Made by a program: the position numbers and the translations under genes. A stretch of DNA of 59,890 nt, filler included, from Circinaria calcarea (lineage: Eukaryota), in NCBI GenBank assembly GCA_051942165.1. It is 6 parts of 6 records of this genome, joined end to end, with 100 filler letters (N's around TTAATTAATTAA, not from the genome) between each part and the next. Parts side by side here need not be neighbours in the genome. Positions count along the whole stretch, not along the records: positions 20,028 to 29,929 come from JAVECS010000873.1; positions 30,030 to 39,919 come from JAVECS010000874.1; 4 more parts are not named here. One strand, 5' to 3'. Of the stretch, positions 23,591 to 35,989 are shown piece by piece (the first letter of the stretch is position 1; every line of letters starts with the position of its first letter). Under the pieces are notes generated by a model, which searched no databases, was not told the origin of the DNA, and worked only from the letters and a program-made list of their open reading frames with translations.

Positions 23591-26500
23591 TCACAAGCCG
23601 GTAGTGGTTATGCGTTCAATGATGAAGTCGTGCCAGTAAGAATTGAAGCCGACAATCCAAAACTTGCGCCCTTCGCTCTCCAGATTCATCCTTGCCACTT
23701 TCAAGACCTCCGAGCTTTCTTGGACACTACCGATCATGAATAGGGCATAAGCAAGAGAGTAACGCACCAATCCGGCATTGAAACCCTTTTGCCATTCGGG
23801 GACGTCCAAGGCTTCAAGTGCCTGTTGCCAACCAGAAATCGCCTTGTTCCAATCCGATCTCGAATGTGAGATTCTCGCCAAGCTCGTCCATACTCGGAAT
23901 ATCCCCTTTTTCGGAAGCGTATCAGGATCGGCGATAGCCTCGTAAACCCTTTGAAGTTTCAACAGATTCTCCTCGGCCCTATCGTACATACCACGCTTCA
24001 TGAAACCTTCGATCAACGCAAGCTGTAAGCGTCTCCCGCTGCTTACATTGTGGCAGCCTCGACTGGCCATCCGCGTCAACTCGGGCATTAAAAGCGCCTC
24101 AGCGTCTCCTGGCCGGTCCAGTTCAATGAGTAAGTCGGCAACGTTAGAGAGGAGAGTTCGTCCCCATCCAGTGCCTTCGTATAGACCATCGAGCTCGCTT
24201 TCGTGGAGAAGATCTTCGAGATAGGACAGTGCATCTTGGAAGCGGCCTTCGTATCTGAGCATTTTGCCAAGGTTTATGTTCCTACTGCGCAAAACTAAAC
24301 GCTCCATTGTTGATGGATCGGTTGGGTCGATCGGTTTCCATCCCAGAAGCTCTTGCTTCGCGCGAATCAGGTCGTTTTGTTGAGCAAGATTCTCGGCATA
24401 GGAAATGACCAAGTCGCCCCGTTGCGCATTCCATGAGGAATTGGCCTCTAGCCCTTTGTCGTGGCCCGGGAAGACTGTCGAATGAACAAACATGATAAGT
24501 GCCTGATTCGAATTATCAATTTCCCCGAGCATACGTAACAAAGCACTCTCTCGATGGGCTGCCCATGCGTGGAGATAGCAATCAGTATCGGTTGCCAAAA
24601 TCCTCTTTGCACGTTCGATTGCCGTGCGCTTCCACGCCGTAGTAGAGAATCGAGAAGCGGCCAGCAGCGTTGAACATACTTCACGGCAAACAGTTGTTGG
24701 TAATGAGGCCTCAAGTACCACTTCATCATACTCTTTAAGTATACGATGGACATGTGGCAACTGCGATCTTCCATCATCACCGTAACTATTGAAAGGGAAG
24801 TTGTCAATATTACGCCTGACAAACCAAACTTGGATGCACTTACGAAGGACTGAGGTATTCTCTTCTCGGAAACGCATGGCAGACCAATGATATTGCCTGC
24901 AATCTCCACCTTCTTTGTAGCATTGGTCATACGCGTTGTGATGCAGAATATTGCACAAGAGGGTGTAGCGAGAAGATTCTGGACCCATTGAGATCGTTGT
25001 TTCGCTGAATCAAGGAGAATGAAAGAAGTTTGTCCACGGCAGCATCAAATTTGATCTCGTTTCTTATGAGTTCGATCAACCCACCGTCCACACCAGCATT
25101 TGTTGGAGAGACCTCCGTAATCTCCCCTTGATCATTCCAGCGTCTCCGGGGTGAGGTTCCCTGGTAAAGCATTGTCTCCGGTATACGCGATGCCTCGAGA
25201 AAGCAGAATAGGAGTAGAAGATCAGATGCTTCTTTTGAATCACGTTCGACCTGCTCAAAATTGACTTCCCAAGCTGTTAATACGGTTTTCTCATATTCCC
25301 CTAATCTTGGTTTGTATTTCAAGATCTCGTGTTGCTGTTCTTCATATAGGCGACGATAATCTTTTAGTGATTTTTGTCGGGATCTGATATAGGCTCCTCC
25401 TTGGTCCACGGCTAATGGAAGGCAGCCTAACATTTCCACTATTGCTTCTGCTTGTTGGTAATCCTCTGTGGAACAGTTTTCCAAGCCGGCCTTTGCAACC
25501 AAGACATCTACGGCTTCGTTCGCTTGCAACCGCTCTAGCAAGCACCCCTCTTTCCCGATGCTACCGATAACAGCTGGGTCACGGCTTGTTATGATAACAT
25601 GGCCCCAAGAGGTAGTAGGAATATAGTTGGAAATCCTTACAGAACCAAGATCGTCAACGTTGTCAAAATTTAAGAGCCAATCTGAGTGTTCCTCAACCGA
25701 TAACCATTTTTTAATGGCATGAACCTTGTTGCTGATGCCCTCAAGTTCCAGCACATCAAACAGGTGAGAGAAATCCGCTATCAGAGTATCGTGAGAGCTT
25801 GCATTCAAGAAAATCACCCCACTCCCGTATTTCGAGCGGTTACGAAAAGCGAACTGTATCACAGTTTGTGTCTTGCCTGACCCGCCTATCAAGGGTTACC
25901 TTGTATTCATATTAAGATAGAGAAATCGTACCAAGTCCACAAACAGCAAATTTCAGCTGGCCACGATTATCCAATGACGACTTATAAAAGTAGTTCTCCA
26001 TGTTTTTGATATATTCCTCCCTTCCACGGAAGCTGGCGCACGGGGAAACAGGCACCTCAAAGAGCATTGAGCCGCCTGCGGACAGTTAGTGTAAATCGGC
26101 CGATATATAATTAAATTTAAAACCATAATAAATACCTTCGAGCCTAGGTGACTGGGGCCCGAGGGAGCCGTGCATTAACAGAGCATCCCGCTTAGAAATA
26201 TCCCGTCGAAACTTCTCAAGTCGGAATAGTACAGGACGAAAGTTACGGTCATGCATAGACTTGAAACGAGCCATATTTCTATGATCGGAGTTCTGTCCTA
26301 TTGCCACTTCATTGGGAAGGTTTAGGATTGCAGAATGATGCTCGACGACCTTGACAAATATTAAAAGAACTAAGCATAATTATAGATGGAATAAATTGTT
26401 CACCATTTTTTTAAAAGGACCCAAACTTGTCATTTCCATTTCAAAAAAGGAGACAAGTTGAAGCATTGTCGTTTTCTGTACAAAATCTTCCGTGATTTCG

Positions 26501-27302
26501 AATAATACCTTAGAGTCCTTTTGGAGAATACCGAATAACGTACGAGCAGGATTAAGGGGCGAGCAAGCTGATACTATATTTGCGATGATTTTGCCACAAG
26601 TAGCTATACTGCTGCCATTATGGGGGGTCCCTAATTATTTTCAGTATTCGTCCGGGTGTAAGAATCTTCCCATAAAAGGCTAACCTAGAAAGATAATACC
26701 GTATATCGCATTTTGAATTTTCGCCTGCTCTTCCGGGCACCTAAGTAAAAGTGTCTAAACTAATCAGACGTTACAAGCTTGCTAAACCAGCATTAGTATT
26801 ATACCTTTTTTGCCACAATTCCACCTAGGCTGTGGCAAACCAGCACTATCGGTCGGCATATTTCCTTGAGCAATATTAGCGACTTTAGAACAATAACGGT
26901 ATGCACCCCATAAGAGATAAGGGCAACCTCTTCTGTGGTCCTTAGATCCGCGAGCTCGGCAGGCAGTTTTGTGGATATGTTTCTAAGGTCCTGGTGACCT
27001 GTGAAGTTTCGAAACCTTGCATTATAGCCGTAGGTCATAGCTCGAACATTTGGGAGAGCTTCGGGGAGTAAATCTCGAAGCCACATCACCTGGCTTTCTT
27101 TGTGCGTCCATGTCTCCAGGGCATGGCCGTTCAATCCATGGATTGCCACTAAACTGTGGGCCGACAGTCAGCGTCGGCTTCAATGATCGACTAGGAAGGC
27201 TATGACGCACTCGAAGCTAATCCGTGGGTGATGTTGTTGAGCTTCTCCATATACTGGAGGCTGATAAAGGACAGTGATCCCGTATAAGTGATCTTCGTCC
27301 AT
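23591..27302 (-). pseudogene. Fungal NLR-like gene: SesB-like alpha/beta hydrolase + NB-ARC + TPR, with one in-frame TGA
   Basis: Spliced reading MDEDHLYGITVLYQP...LVAIHGLNG...WLRDLLP...CHSLGGIVAKK...GTPHNGS; P-loop GL|GGSGKTQ; Walker B WLLNFDNVDD; GCLPLAVDQ; SLHPLVQ; TPR-like C-terminus. TGA at 24929-24927 lies in an otherwise open frame. Confidence 0.82.
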
Positions 27303-27663
27303 TGAGCGACGCAATGTCCTCTACCCAAGGATTTACAGAACATTGGATCAGAAAAAGGGGAAGAATACGTTAACTCTGAGAAACGCTCCCCGAGACTTTT
27401 CAGGACGGTACGCAGACCATAGTTGCGTACTGTCCCAAACTTCACTAATTAATCACTGTTAATCACTAGATCCAAAGATTCACAGGCGCCCACTAAGATC
27501 GGGCTTCCTTGATTAAGCTTTGAAAACCCGGCCTAGTGCCCGCTTCACCCATGCACCCAAGTAGCTAGAGGGGCTGTCTCACCTGAGAAGTCCCTACGCT
27601 CGCGGGGTCCTCACAAACTTAGGGGCCAGAATTAGGCGGTAGCAAATCTTTGGCAACCGCGAG

Positions 27664-27785
27664 TGTGGTCGCAAGGGAAATAATTCCTAGTATGCTTGGC
27701 ATAGCAGGGTATATTTAATATGCAGCGACCAATCAAAACTCAGTGTTTGTAGATCGTACTGTGAATTATTTCCCTTGCGACCACA
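27664..27785. mobile_element. 122-bp MITE-like element with perfect 23-bp terminal inverted repeats
   Basis: TGTGGTCGCAAGGGAAATAATTC (27664-27686) and GAATTATTTCCCTTGCGACCACA (27763-27785). The right end continues G-TA. Confidence 0.7.
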
Positions 27786-28112
27786 GTACAAGTACGACGA
27801 TATTTTGGTTAGTGCGTACTGTCCTGAAGTGTCTCGCTTCAGAAACAGGAGGGGGACCATCCAAAAGTAGCGCTATTGGGTTTTGAATCCAATTCTGGTC
27901 ATATACCTTGTTTGCGGCCCAGACTTACTGTGATAGGAGAAAGCCTAAATAGGCTTACCTAATCCTTTAAGGGGCGATCGATAAAGATCTCGCTTATCGG
28001 CAGAAGCTTAAATAGTCATGCGTCAAAGAAAGAATTGCCACCAAGAAGGTATCTTCGAGACAGTCAGAGACCTTTTTCCGCTCCTACGGAATCATATATT
28101 TCTTGTACGGAG

Positions 28113-29716
28113 ATGACGCAAAATAGTCATGAGCAATCGCCATTACTCTCCCCGCGTAACGAAGAAGACTCTCGATCCGTATGTGATTGAAGAAATCTCT
28201 CCTCGGCCTTGCTGACAGGAGCCATGCCTAGTTGATAGAATTCAGCGAAGATGATCCAGACAATCCCAAAAACTGGAGTAGAGTGCGAAAACTTTTGAAT
28301 GTGGGCGTTATTGCTCTCATGGCAGGTAGACGGGTTCTATTCTAAGTGGCCTCGCATTACGTATCTAACAGCTGGATCAGTTTTAAGTCCGCTGGCAAGC
28401 TCCATGTTCACTCCCGGCATCAATCAAATAGCAGAGGACCTAAAGACTCCACAGAACACGGTGGTTGGTGCTACGACCGGTTTCGTGGTCTTTCTTGGCA
28501 TAGGTCCTATGATCCTAGCTCCGCTCTCGGAAACGTTTGGCCGGCGAAGACTATATCTCATCTGCTTCTCAATGTTTACCCTTTTGCACATTCCTACTGC
28601 TCTCAGTCCGAACGTCGCTACTCTCATCACTCTACGGACTTTTTCTGGATTCTTCGGGAGTATGAACCCCTGGTTTTCGTATCTGGAAGACTACGCTCAC
28701 AACATATCCTAGGTGTTGGCATAGGTAACGGGGGCGGAAGCATCAGCGACATGTTTGATCCCCATGAGCGAGCAGGAATTTTCGGATGGTACCTCCTTGG
28801 CCCGTTGCTTGGCCCCACCCTCGGTCCCCTCTTTGGTGGCTTCATAGTGCAATACCTTGGCTGGCGGTGGGTTTTCTGGGTCCTGACTATCATTTCGGCT
28901 TTTAATACCATCATGGGCTTCTTTTTTCTCAAGGAAACATACGCTCCCGTAATTCTAGAAGCGCGCAGAGAGAAATACGAAAAAAGCAAAGGTGGAAGGT
29001 TCCGCTTTGCTGGAGAAGACGATCGACCTTTCCGTACAAAAATGGCCATCTCCTTGCTACGGCCAATCAAAATTTTATTCACGCAGCCCATTGTCTTCAT
29101 CATGGCTACTTATCAAGCCATCATCTTCGGGACCATCTACAGCCTCTACACCAACTTTGAAGATATCTGGGGAGGAGGCTATGGCTTTGATACCAACCAC
29201 GTGGGGTTAATGTACCTAGGTCCGGGTATCGGGTTCCTCATCGCTGTCTGGTTTCTCGTCCCGAGGATAGATACAGTATATAACAGACTCACTGAAAGCA
29301 ACAACGGGGAAGAGAAGCCGGAATTTCGCCTGCCGCTCGCCAACGTCGGCGCGGTACTCGTCCCTATATCCATTTTCTGGTTTGCATGGACCATCGAATA
29401 CCATGTTCACTGGTTTCCTACCATCCTCAGCACAGTATTCTTTGGCCTTGGGCAAGTTTTGATCTTCAACACGGTGCAAAATTACTATATTGATTCCTTT
29501 TCCAAGTACGCCGCTTCGGCCATTGCCGCCGGCGCGGTTTTCCGGTCTCTGATCGGAGGGATAATACCGCTTTTTGCACCGGGCCTGTTTAAACAGGTCG
29601 GTTATGGGTGGGGATTGTCCGTTTTCGGGTTTCTCAGTCTCGCACTGGCCCCGTCTCCCCTGCTGTTTTACTATTTCGGGGAAAGGTTAAGGACGCGGTT
29701 CGCTATCGATCTCTAA
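28113..29716 (+). CDS. MFS transporter, DHA1 (drug:H+ antiporter) type
   Basis: DDPDNPKNWS, APLSETFGRR, GPLLGPTLGPLFGG, KETYAPVIL, KPEFRLP, YAASAIAAG. Three introns. Confidence 0.92.
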
Positions 29717-29929
29717 GTTTTACTGTCCTATATCTGGAAGCTCTCCCGTCAACCATTCAAATTGCATTGTCGAAAGCGTGGCGCTGAGAAAAGGTTGTCG
29801 GTTGAGGCATACTCGGGCGGTAAATGGAGTCAGGCCAAGGGAAGGGAGAAGATAACATGCATTGTACTTTTATCGGGAAAGAGGTATACGTCTGCACATA
29901 TAGAAATAATAAATAACAAGGTTGTATCC

Positions 29930-30029
29930 NNNNNNNNNNNNNNNNNNNNNNNNNNNNNNNNNNNNNNNNNNNNTTAATTAATTAANNNNNNNNNNNNNNN
30001 NNNNNNNNNNNNNNNNNNNNNNNNNNNNN
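29930..30029. other. Artificial contig linker
   Basis: N44-TTAATTAATTAA-N44. Confidence 0.98.
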
Positions 30030-31414
30030 GGTCAACTGATTCTTGGGACCTCGGAAAATAACTGCAAACACCTTGGCCTCTATTGATTTATCGGACTTTC
30101 AACCCCAGTGTCATGTCATCCTGCCTCGGAATCAGAGTACAGCTCAATTCTTTACCGTTCACTCCCAGTGTATCACTACATGGCAGGCCCCTTCGGGCGA
30201 GCGAAAACCAAATTTCAACCGAGACAAGTTGCGTCCACCATCGCATAGCCAGATTTTCAGGCCAGGTTAGCTCGGGACTATGATCATGCTTTGCATCGAG
30301 GTTGCAGTTAGCAAGGCCACACCGAGGTAACGGCCACATGCAGTCTTAGCTTCGTTGGGTTGGTCGACTGACGACTCCGTTTCGTGATGCCTGCATATGA
30401 CGAATAGGACTTGATGAATCGAGTTTCCTAAGTCGCCAGTCTAAAAAAGGGGCTGATGGAGGACCGGCGGGGAAGACGGTCTGGAATTACCTTGATGTTC
30501 CACTGAGAGCATGCGGCGAGGTATCAGGGAATTTGAATTTACTCCTGTTCCCGCAGGGAGGCGCGGGAAAAGCTAGCTCGTACGCTGGAGGTGTGCATCA
30601 GAACGTACCTATCTGGTAAGAGATATTGTGAGACCTATTGCCTAGCTCCCGGACTAGGGGGCAGACGGGAACCAAGATAGTGCCCGCTACGCCGCTGCCG
30701 TCTCCCGAGACAGCTCCTACCCTTGACTCAAGCTCCTTCCGCCAACCTCCCCCTAAGACCCCAGAACAAGTCTCTCCAGTGCAATGATTTGCTAAGTGCG
30801 CAGGCGCCCAGCGACACTTTCTCATGCTCGAGTGCTGTGCCGTACAGATGCTGCAAGGGTGTGAAGCATCACTTCGAAGGATGCATATGTTCTAGGCATT
30901 TGTTGGTTTCCTGTTCAACCACACTTTCGCTAGCTCTGGCGTATCCCAGTTATGTAGATCGAGATGGTAGATTTTGGGGGTGGGTAGGTACGTGCCTCCA
31001 AGGCTGCCGCATGAGGTTGATGCTCCGAATTCGAAGCAAGGCTTGGATCCGACAGTAGGATTCGGTGACGACAACTCTCAGCCTTTCCATGTATGTAATC
31101 GTATTTCTTGCATGATCGACCGATCCTCAGGAATAATGCCGCAATCGATTTGCAAGGTTACTTTCCCGATGTTCATCCTTTGCCAGGTGACCTCGCGGGT
31201 GTTCTCGGCCCTGATTAGTGTTGTGACACGTTATTTAAGTCGGTGACAAAAACGCTGATTTCTCGTGATAACATGAGGCTATGCCAATATAATACTTCGT
31301 ATTATATTCGACGAGGATGTCGAAGCATTCGAACATATCATTAGTTTTCAAAAGATCTTCTGAATCGCAGTTCTAAAACCCACTAATTGTCACTCTATCT
31401 CAAAGCACTTCAAT

Positions 31415-32301
31415 ATGGCAACTCAAAGCCAGCCTACCATCGTCATCTGTTCCGGTTCTTTCCACAAACCTGAGCATTATCAGCCCCTCGCCAGCATCTT
31501 GGAAGGACGGGGCTTCGAAGTGAAATGCCCTATCCTTCCCACCAACGCCGTCTCTGGCGTCAGTGCTGATGACATCTCCAACCCCGAGTTCGATGCCCCT
31601 CCACCAACGCAGGGATGGCCAGATGGCTATAGTGATGCTGAGGTTGTTAGACGCGAGATTGAGAAGCTGGCTGATCAGGGCAAAAAGATCCTTCTGGTTG
31701 GTCACAGCTACGGTGGCTGGCTTGCTACTGAGAGTGCCATCCCTGAGTTGCAGCACCAAGCACGGACGAAGGAGGGTAAGGAGGGCGGCGTTGTCGGGAT
31801 CTTTTACGTCTCCGGCTATATCCTCCCGAAAGGCCAGTCGATCGACTCATTCTTTTCCCCGCAAGGAGATGCGACACCGCCACCACCATTTGTGATGCTT
31901 CACGTAAGTAGCATCTGTGGTCGAAAGGGATTGCAAATCTGAATTGACGGTGTACACAGGCGCCTGCCAAACAGGGTCTGGTAACGCCCATCCAAGCCGA
32001 GGAGTACTTTTTCCATGACTTGCCGAAGCAAGAAGCCCGACGCTGGGCTTCCGAGCTCAGAGCTCAACCAGTCATCAAGTCGGTCTTAACACATCCATCG
32101 TATGTTGATTTGCCCTGCGGCTACCTACTCTGCAAGAACGACAAGGTGTTCCCTCTTGCTGTTCAGGAGATGATGATCAAGACCGCAAGTGATCAAGGAA
32201 GCCATGTGAAGACATACGACTGCGAGAGTGGTCATGCTTCATTTCTGAGTTGGAAGGACGGCCTCGCAGGCTTGTTGGAAGATTTTAGCAGTAATATGTA
32301 G
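31415..32301 (+). CDS. Alpha/beta hydrolase (Abhydrolase_6-like)
   Basis: IVICSGSFH, LVGHSYGG nucleophile, YLLCKND acid residue, ESGHASF catalytic His. One intron at ~31904-31959. Confidence 0.88.
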
Positions 32302-32520
32302 GCATGATACTTGCACGAATATTCATGATGTTAGGGCATGAGTCCTCGTTCGTAAGCTTACTGTCATTACTAAATACGAACCAATGACTCAGAAACATTA
32401 TCCCCCAAGACATAAATACTATTTTCTTGCACCCATTTCACCAAATGCTTTGATGTAGGCTTATGACTGTGTTACATTTGTCCATCTTGAACACTATCCG
32501 GCCCAAAGCTTTTGATCAAC

Positions 32521-33492
32521 ATGGCCCATGAACTGCGTGATACCTATGAGCACACCCGCCTAGGCAAGGAAGCTCAGCGGTGAGTACACCACCTATGGTC
32601 GGATCCAGTAAGTATTGAAGAAGGCTACCCAAGCTGAAGCTTTGCCAGTCTAGAGGCGCAAGGTGCTGCATGGACAACGTATGTCTCCTTCAAACGCTAT
32701 TCTCTTCACACAAAGTACCATGTTTGACCCATCACTAGAAACATTGGATACCACCTTCACGAAAAAGTTCGCCAAAGTTTCCAAGCCGAGCTCCACGTTG
32801 CCGACGTGGGTTGTGGCACTGGCTCTTATCTGGTCGAGTTGAGCCAGGAACTGCCCTCTAGTAGCCACTTTGACGGCTTTGACATTTCCTCCACGCAGTT
32901 TAACAACTCGCTCCCAGACAACGTCACGCTTCATGTCGCAGACGCTAAGCAGCCTTTCTCGGCCGAATTCCATGGGAAATTTGATGTTGTCCACCTTCGA
33001 CTTTTGGTTTCAGCCTTCTCCAAGGACGATTGGGAACCGGTCGCCAAGAACCTTTCTCAACTTTTGAAACCTGGAGGTGCCATACAATGGGAAGAAGCTG
33101 ACTTGCCCGGCACGAAACGACTCCGAGGCAAGCCAGGCACGTCGGTCGACGCACTTGATTACGCACTGCAAACGATGGAGGATGCCCTGATTAGCAGATA
33201 CTCTTACGGTTTCAACACTTTGCCTCAAGCTTTCAAGAACGTCGGCTTCCTTGCTGTCTTTCAAGACGTTGTGAGCTCTGACCGTATTCCTGAGACTCGA
33301 GAAAATTTTGCGCGAGTTAATGTTCAAGCTTGTGCGGGCTGGGCCCGCTGGATGGCATTGGAGCGAGGCCAGCCGATATGGGCGGAGCAAGACCTACAGG
33401 AGCTGGAGCGGAAGATGGAAATGGAAATCCAAATGGGAGCTTATGTGCGCTACGATATCTATGTTACTATAGGCTTCAAACCACGTGCTTGA
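32521..33492 (+). CDS. SAM-dependent methyltransferase (class I)
   Basis: VADVGCGTG, FDGFDIS, GKFDVVHLRLL, LLKPGGAIQWEE. Two 5' introns after ATG 32521. Confidence 0.88.
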
Positions 33493-33661
33493 CTCTCTTT
33501 CGCGATGGCTTCAGAAACTCAGAATTGACGTATATATCACGCAGATAGCATACCGATGACACACGATTACTCGCATGTACGATACCACTTTGCGAAATGC
33601 AGAAATATGACAAAAGCATCAGACTGACCATAGGTGATCCTAATAGAGAACTGTTTAGGTA

Positions 33662-34699
33662 TTAGAACTCTATGAAGAAATCCTCATTCAGTGATGATGG
33701 CAAGTTCCAAGCATTCAGGAGCGGCATAAAATAGAGGGACACTAGCCACAGATTCCACAAGCGGAAGGTATTCTTGTCGGCTTTGACTGTCCTCTTCCAA
33801 AGACAACGCCCTGCCACTAGGAAACCTAGAGAGACCGAAGGAAGGCTGGGAAACGTGGATAGGCCCCATAACCATGGACTAAATAACGACCAAAATGCCA
33901 TAGTAGAGGCGGTGACCCAACGCGCTTCGCAATCGCCAATGGCCAATGGCATTGTTCTGCGACCTCGATGCGAGTCACCTGCCTGGTCATACATATCCTG
34001 TGTCTGAACCGTCGAGAATACGATGCTCCCGATAACAAAGAACCAGAACGCAAGGCGAATAATGACTATTCTTAAGTTCCCGATGATAACCTCGAGGGCT
34101 CCAGAGGCGAAGCATATAAAGCCGCAGGCATTGATGAAATTTCTGACAATATAGTGATAGTCCGCACCTCCGAACTCGTTGTACCAAGCCCCAAGGAATG
34201 TCAGGATTAAACTTTGGGCAAGTCCACCGAATAGGAGAGAGAACATCATTGCCATAGGGTAAAGCGCAAGCATAAGCTTCTTAGCTTGCTCCTGAGTCAT
34301 TCTTTTGGAGGGCATCGTACGCCAAGGTTTGTTGATACAATCTTCGTCTATGGCTGGCTGCTGGCGCTGGTTATCGATTGCAAAGGGAAGCAGGTTGATC
34401 CAAGTCCAGATCAAAGCCAGAGGAGTGCGGTATAGAAGGGACGAAGATGTGTCCTTGACCAACCCAAAACGTGAAACCGCCAGACCGTGGAGGACTGCGA
34501 AGGCGGTGCTCGGTACAACGATAGTTTTGAGGTCGCTGCGCGTGAACAGCCATACTGAGTATGCATGATAGTGTAGCTTCTCCATATGAACACGTAATGC
34601 CAACGCTATTTCCGAAACTTCGAGGGAGCTTAGTTGATACCTTCCAGTACCCTTTTGCTGGAGCCCGTAATATCGTGTTGAGAATTTGAAAGGAGCCAT
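33662..34699 (-). CDS. UbiA-superfamily membrane terpene cyclase/prenyltransferase (Fma-TC-like)
   Basis: WLFTRSDLKTIVVP, DNQRQQPAIDEDCINKPWR, WYNEFGG, QDMYDQAGD..RGRRTMPL, FRLWNLW. Start uncertain (34699 or ~34587). Confidence 0.82.
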   Translation of the reverse strand: MAPFKFSTRYYGLQQKGTGRYQLSSLEVSEIALALRVHMEKLHYHAYSVWLFTRSDLKTIVVPSTAFAVLHGLAVSRFGLVKDTSSSLLYRTPLALIWTWINLLPFAIDNQRQQPAIDEDCINKPWRTMPSKRMTQEQAKKLMLALYPMAMMFSLLFGGLAQSLILTFLGAWYNEFGGADYHYIVRNFINACGFICFASGALEVIIGNLRIVIIRLAFWFFVIGSIVFSTVQTQDMYDQAGDSHRGRRTMPLAIGDCEARWVTASTMAFWSLFSPWLWGLSTFPSLPSVSLGFLVAGRCLWKRTVKADKNTFRLWNLWLVSLYFMPLLNAWNLPSSLNEDFFIEF

Positions 34700-35064
34700 G
34701 GACAAGCTAATTCCTGGTCAGAAAAAGACGAGAAACCTGGACACGCTGCTATAGATGAGGAACACCCTAGGACTTCAATATATATATTTCTGAGCACTAG
34801 TCTTAGCTCGAGCCTTGTAAGGTTTAAGTTATCTACTAATGGGCAAAGCAGGACAGAACACGCAATGTGCTGATGATTTGTGGCTGAGTATGGAATGGAT
34901 AAAGGATAACCCCGAAGAAAGGAACATAGTACAGTGAAACCTCCAGATAACGATATTATACGTAATGATAACCCGCGTGTAACGATACACTTCTCGAAAT
35001 AGTGTGGTAAAAAACAACGATAGCATCTCAATGTTCCACCAATATCGTTAGCGTTCCTAAAAAC

Positions 35065-35200
35065 CTTGGTGCGGACCGTTACATCGAGGCTATAAATATG
35101 CAAAATAATCATACGAACATGGATAAATAGCTTGGTGCGGATCATTACACCGAGGCTGTAAACATGCATAATGATCATACGAACATGGAGAAATAGCTTG
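35065..35200. repeat. 66-bp imperfect tandem duplication
   Basis: cttggtgcgga...catacgaacatgga.aaatag at 35065 and 35131. Confidence 0.85.
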
Positions 35201-35989
35201 AGTATGTATGATGATAGCATGGGCATGCATAGTGGCGGCACAAGCTGTATAGTGGAGGCATGAACAATGTCAATTGTATATGCCAAAGTATAACGATGAC
35301 CTTGATGTTAGAATACGAAAGTGGCAACGAGCATCTCCTTCTTCATTAGGGTATTGCTTAAGCAGGTAGAAACGTGCACACCTGGGATATGGAGATTTTA
35401 TTATCGTGGGGAGCAGCAGTGTGGACTCCCTTTGGATAGGCGAAGTTGGTGGATAGCATTTTGATTGGCCGCATGTGAGAAAGGATGCCGCCGTCACCAA
35501 ATCAGCCCGCAGCGTTCGGTGACTCAAGATTCCGAAAGAACTGGCCACCCGGCAGGACAATCTCCGATCAGGATGGAAACCCCGTTGAAGTGCTATCTCG
35601 GGGTAAGCATCGGCGGATGGTCGCCTTGTACTCATGTTTATGGAGTAGATTTGGCCGTGCTGTGCTTACTCTAGGCAAAGCCACCTGCTCATGTTCCACC
35701 CGACTACCCTGCATCAGAAATCCCCTTCGAATGCTTCCGCAAACCCGCACTGACTTCAGGGCATTCCAAATCTACATGCGTTTTGTCAACCTCTGGGCGC
35801 TGTCATGTCTGCGTACATACAACGCTTCCCTGAACACTAGGCTAATTGAGCAATGGATTTCGGCATCAGTCTATCCCTAATTTGCGGCTGGAATCTCTCG
35901 CTGTCAACTGCTATTTACTCTTCGTCTCCTTTCCATTCTCTTACAGATAGAAGTTACTATCGTTTCCTCAACGGTGACCTCAACAAGCT

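Noticed and set aside
23591..24988. TPR ORF as a separate gene starting MGPESS
   Set aside because: Its first ~68 codons are an off-frame reading plus an intron; the true frame continues from the NB-ARC exon.
34630..35286. 218-aa minus-strand ORF upstream of the UbiA gene
   Set aside because: No domain, atypical composition, spans a TATA-like stretch and the 66-bp duplication; probably promoter DNA.
35550..35566. CGG-N11-CCG Gal4-type site
   Set aside because: Only six specified bases, so several chance matches are expected in 60 kb.
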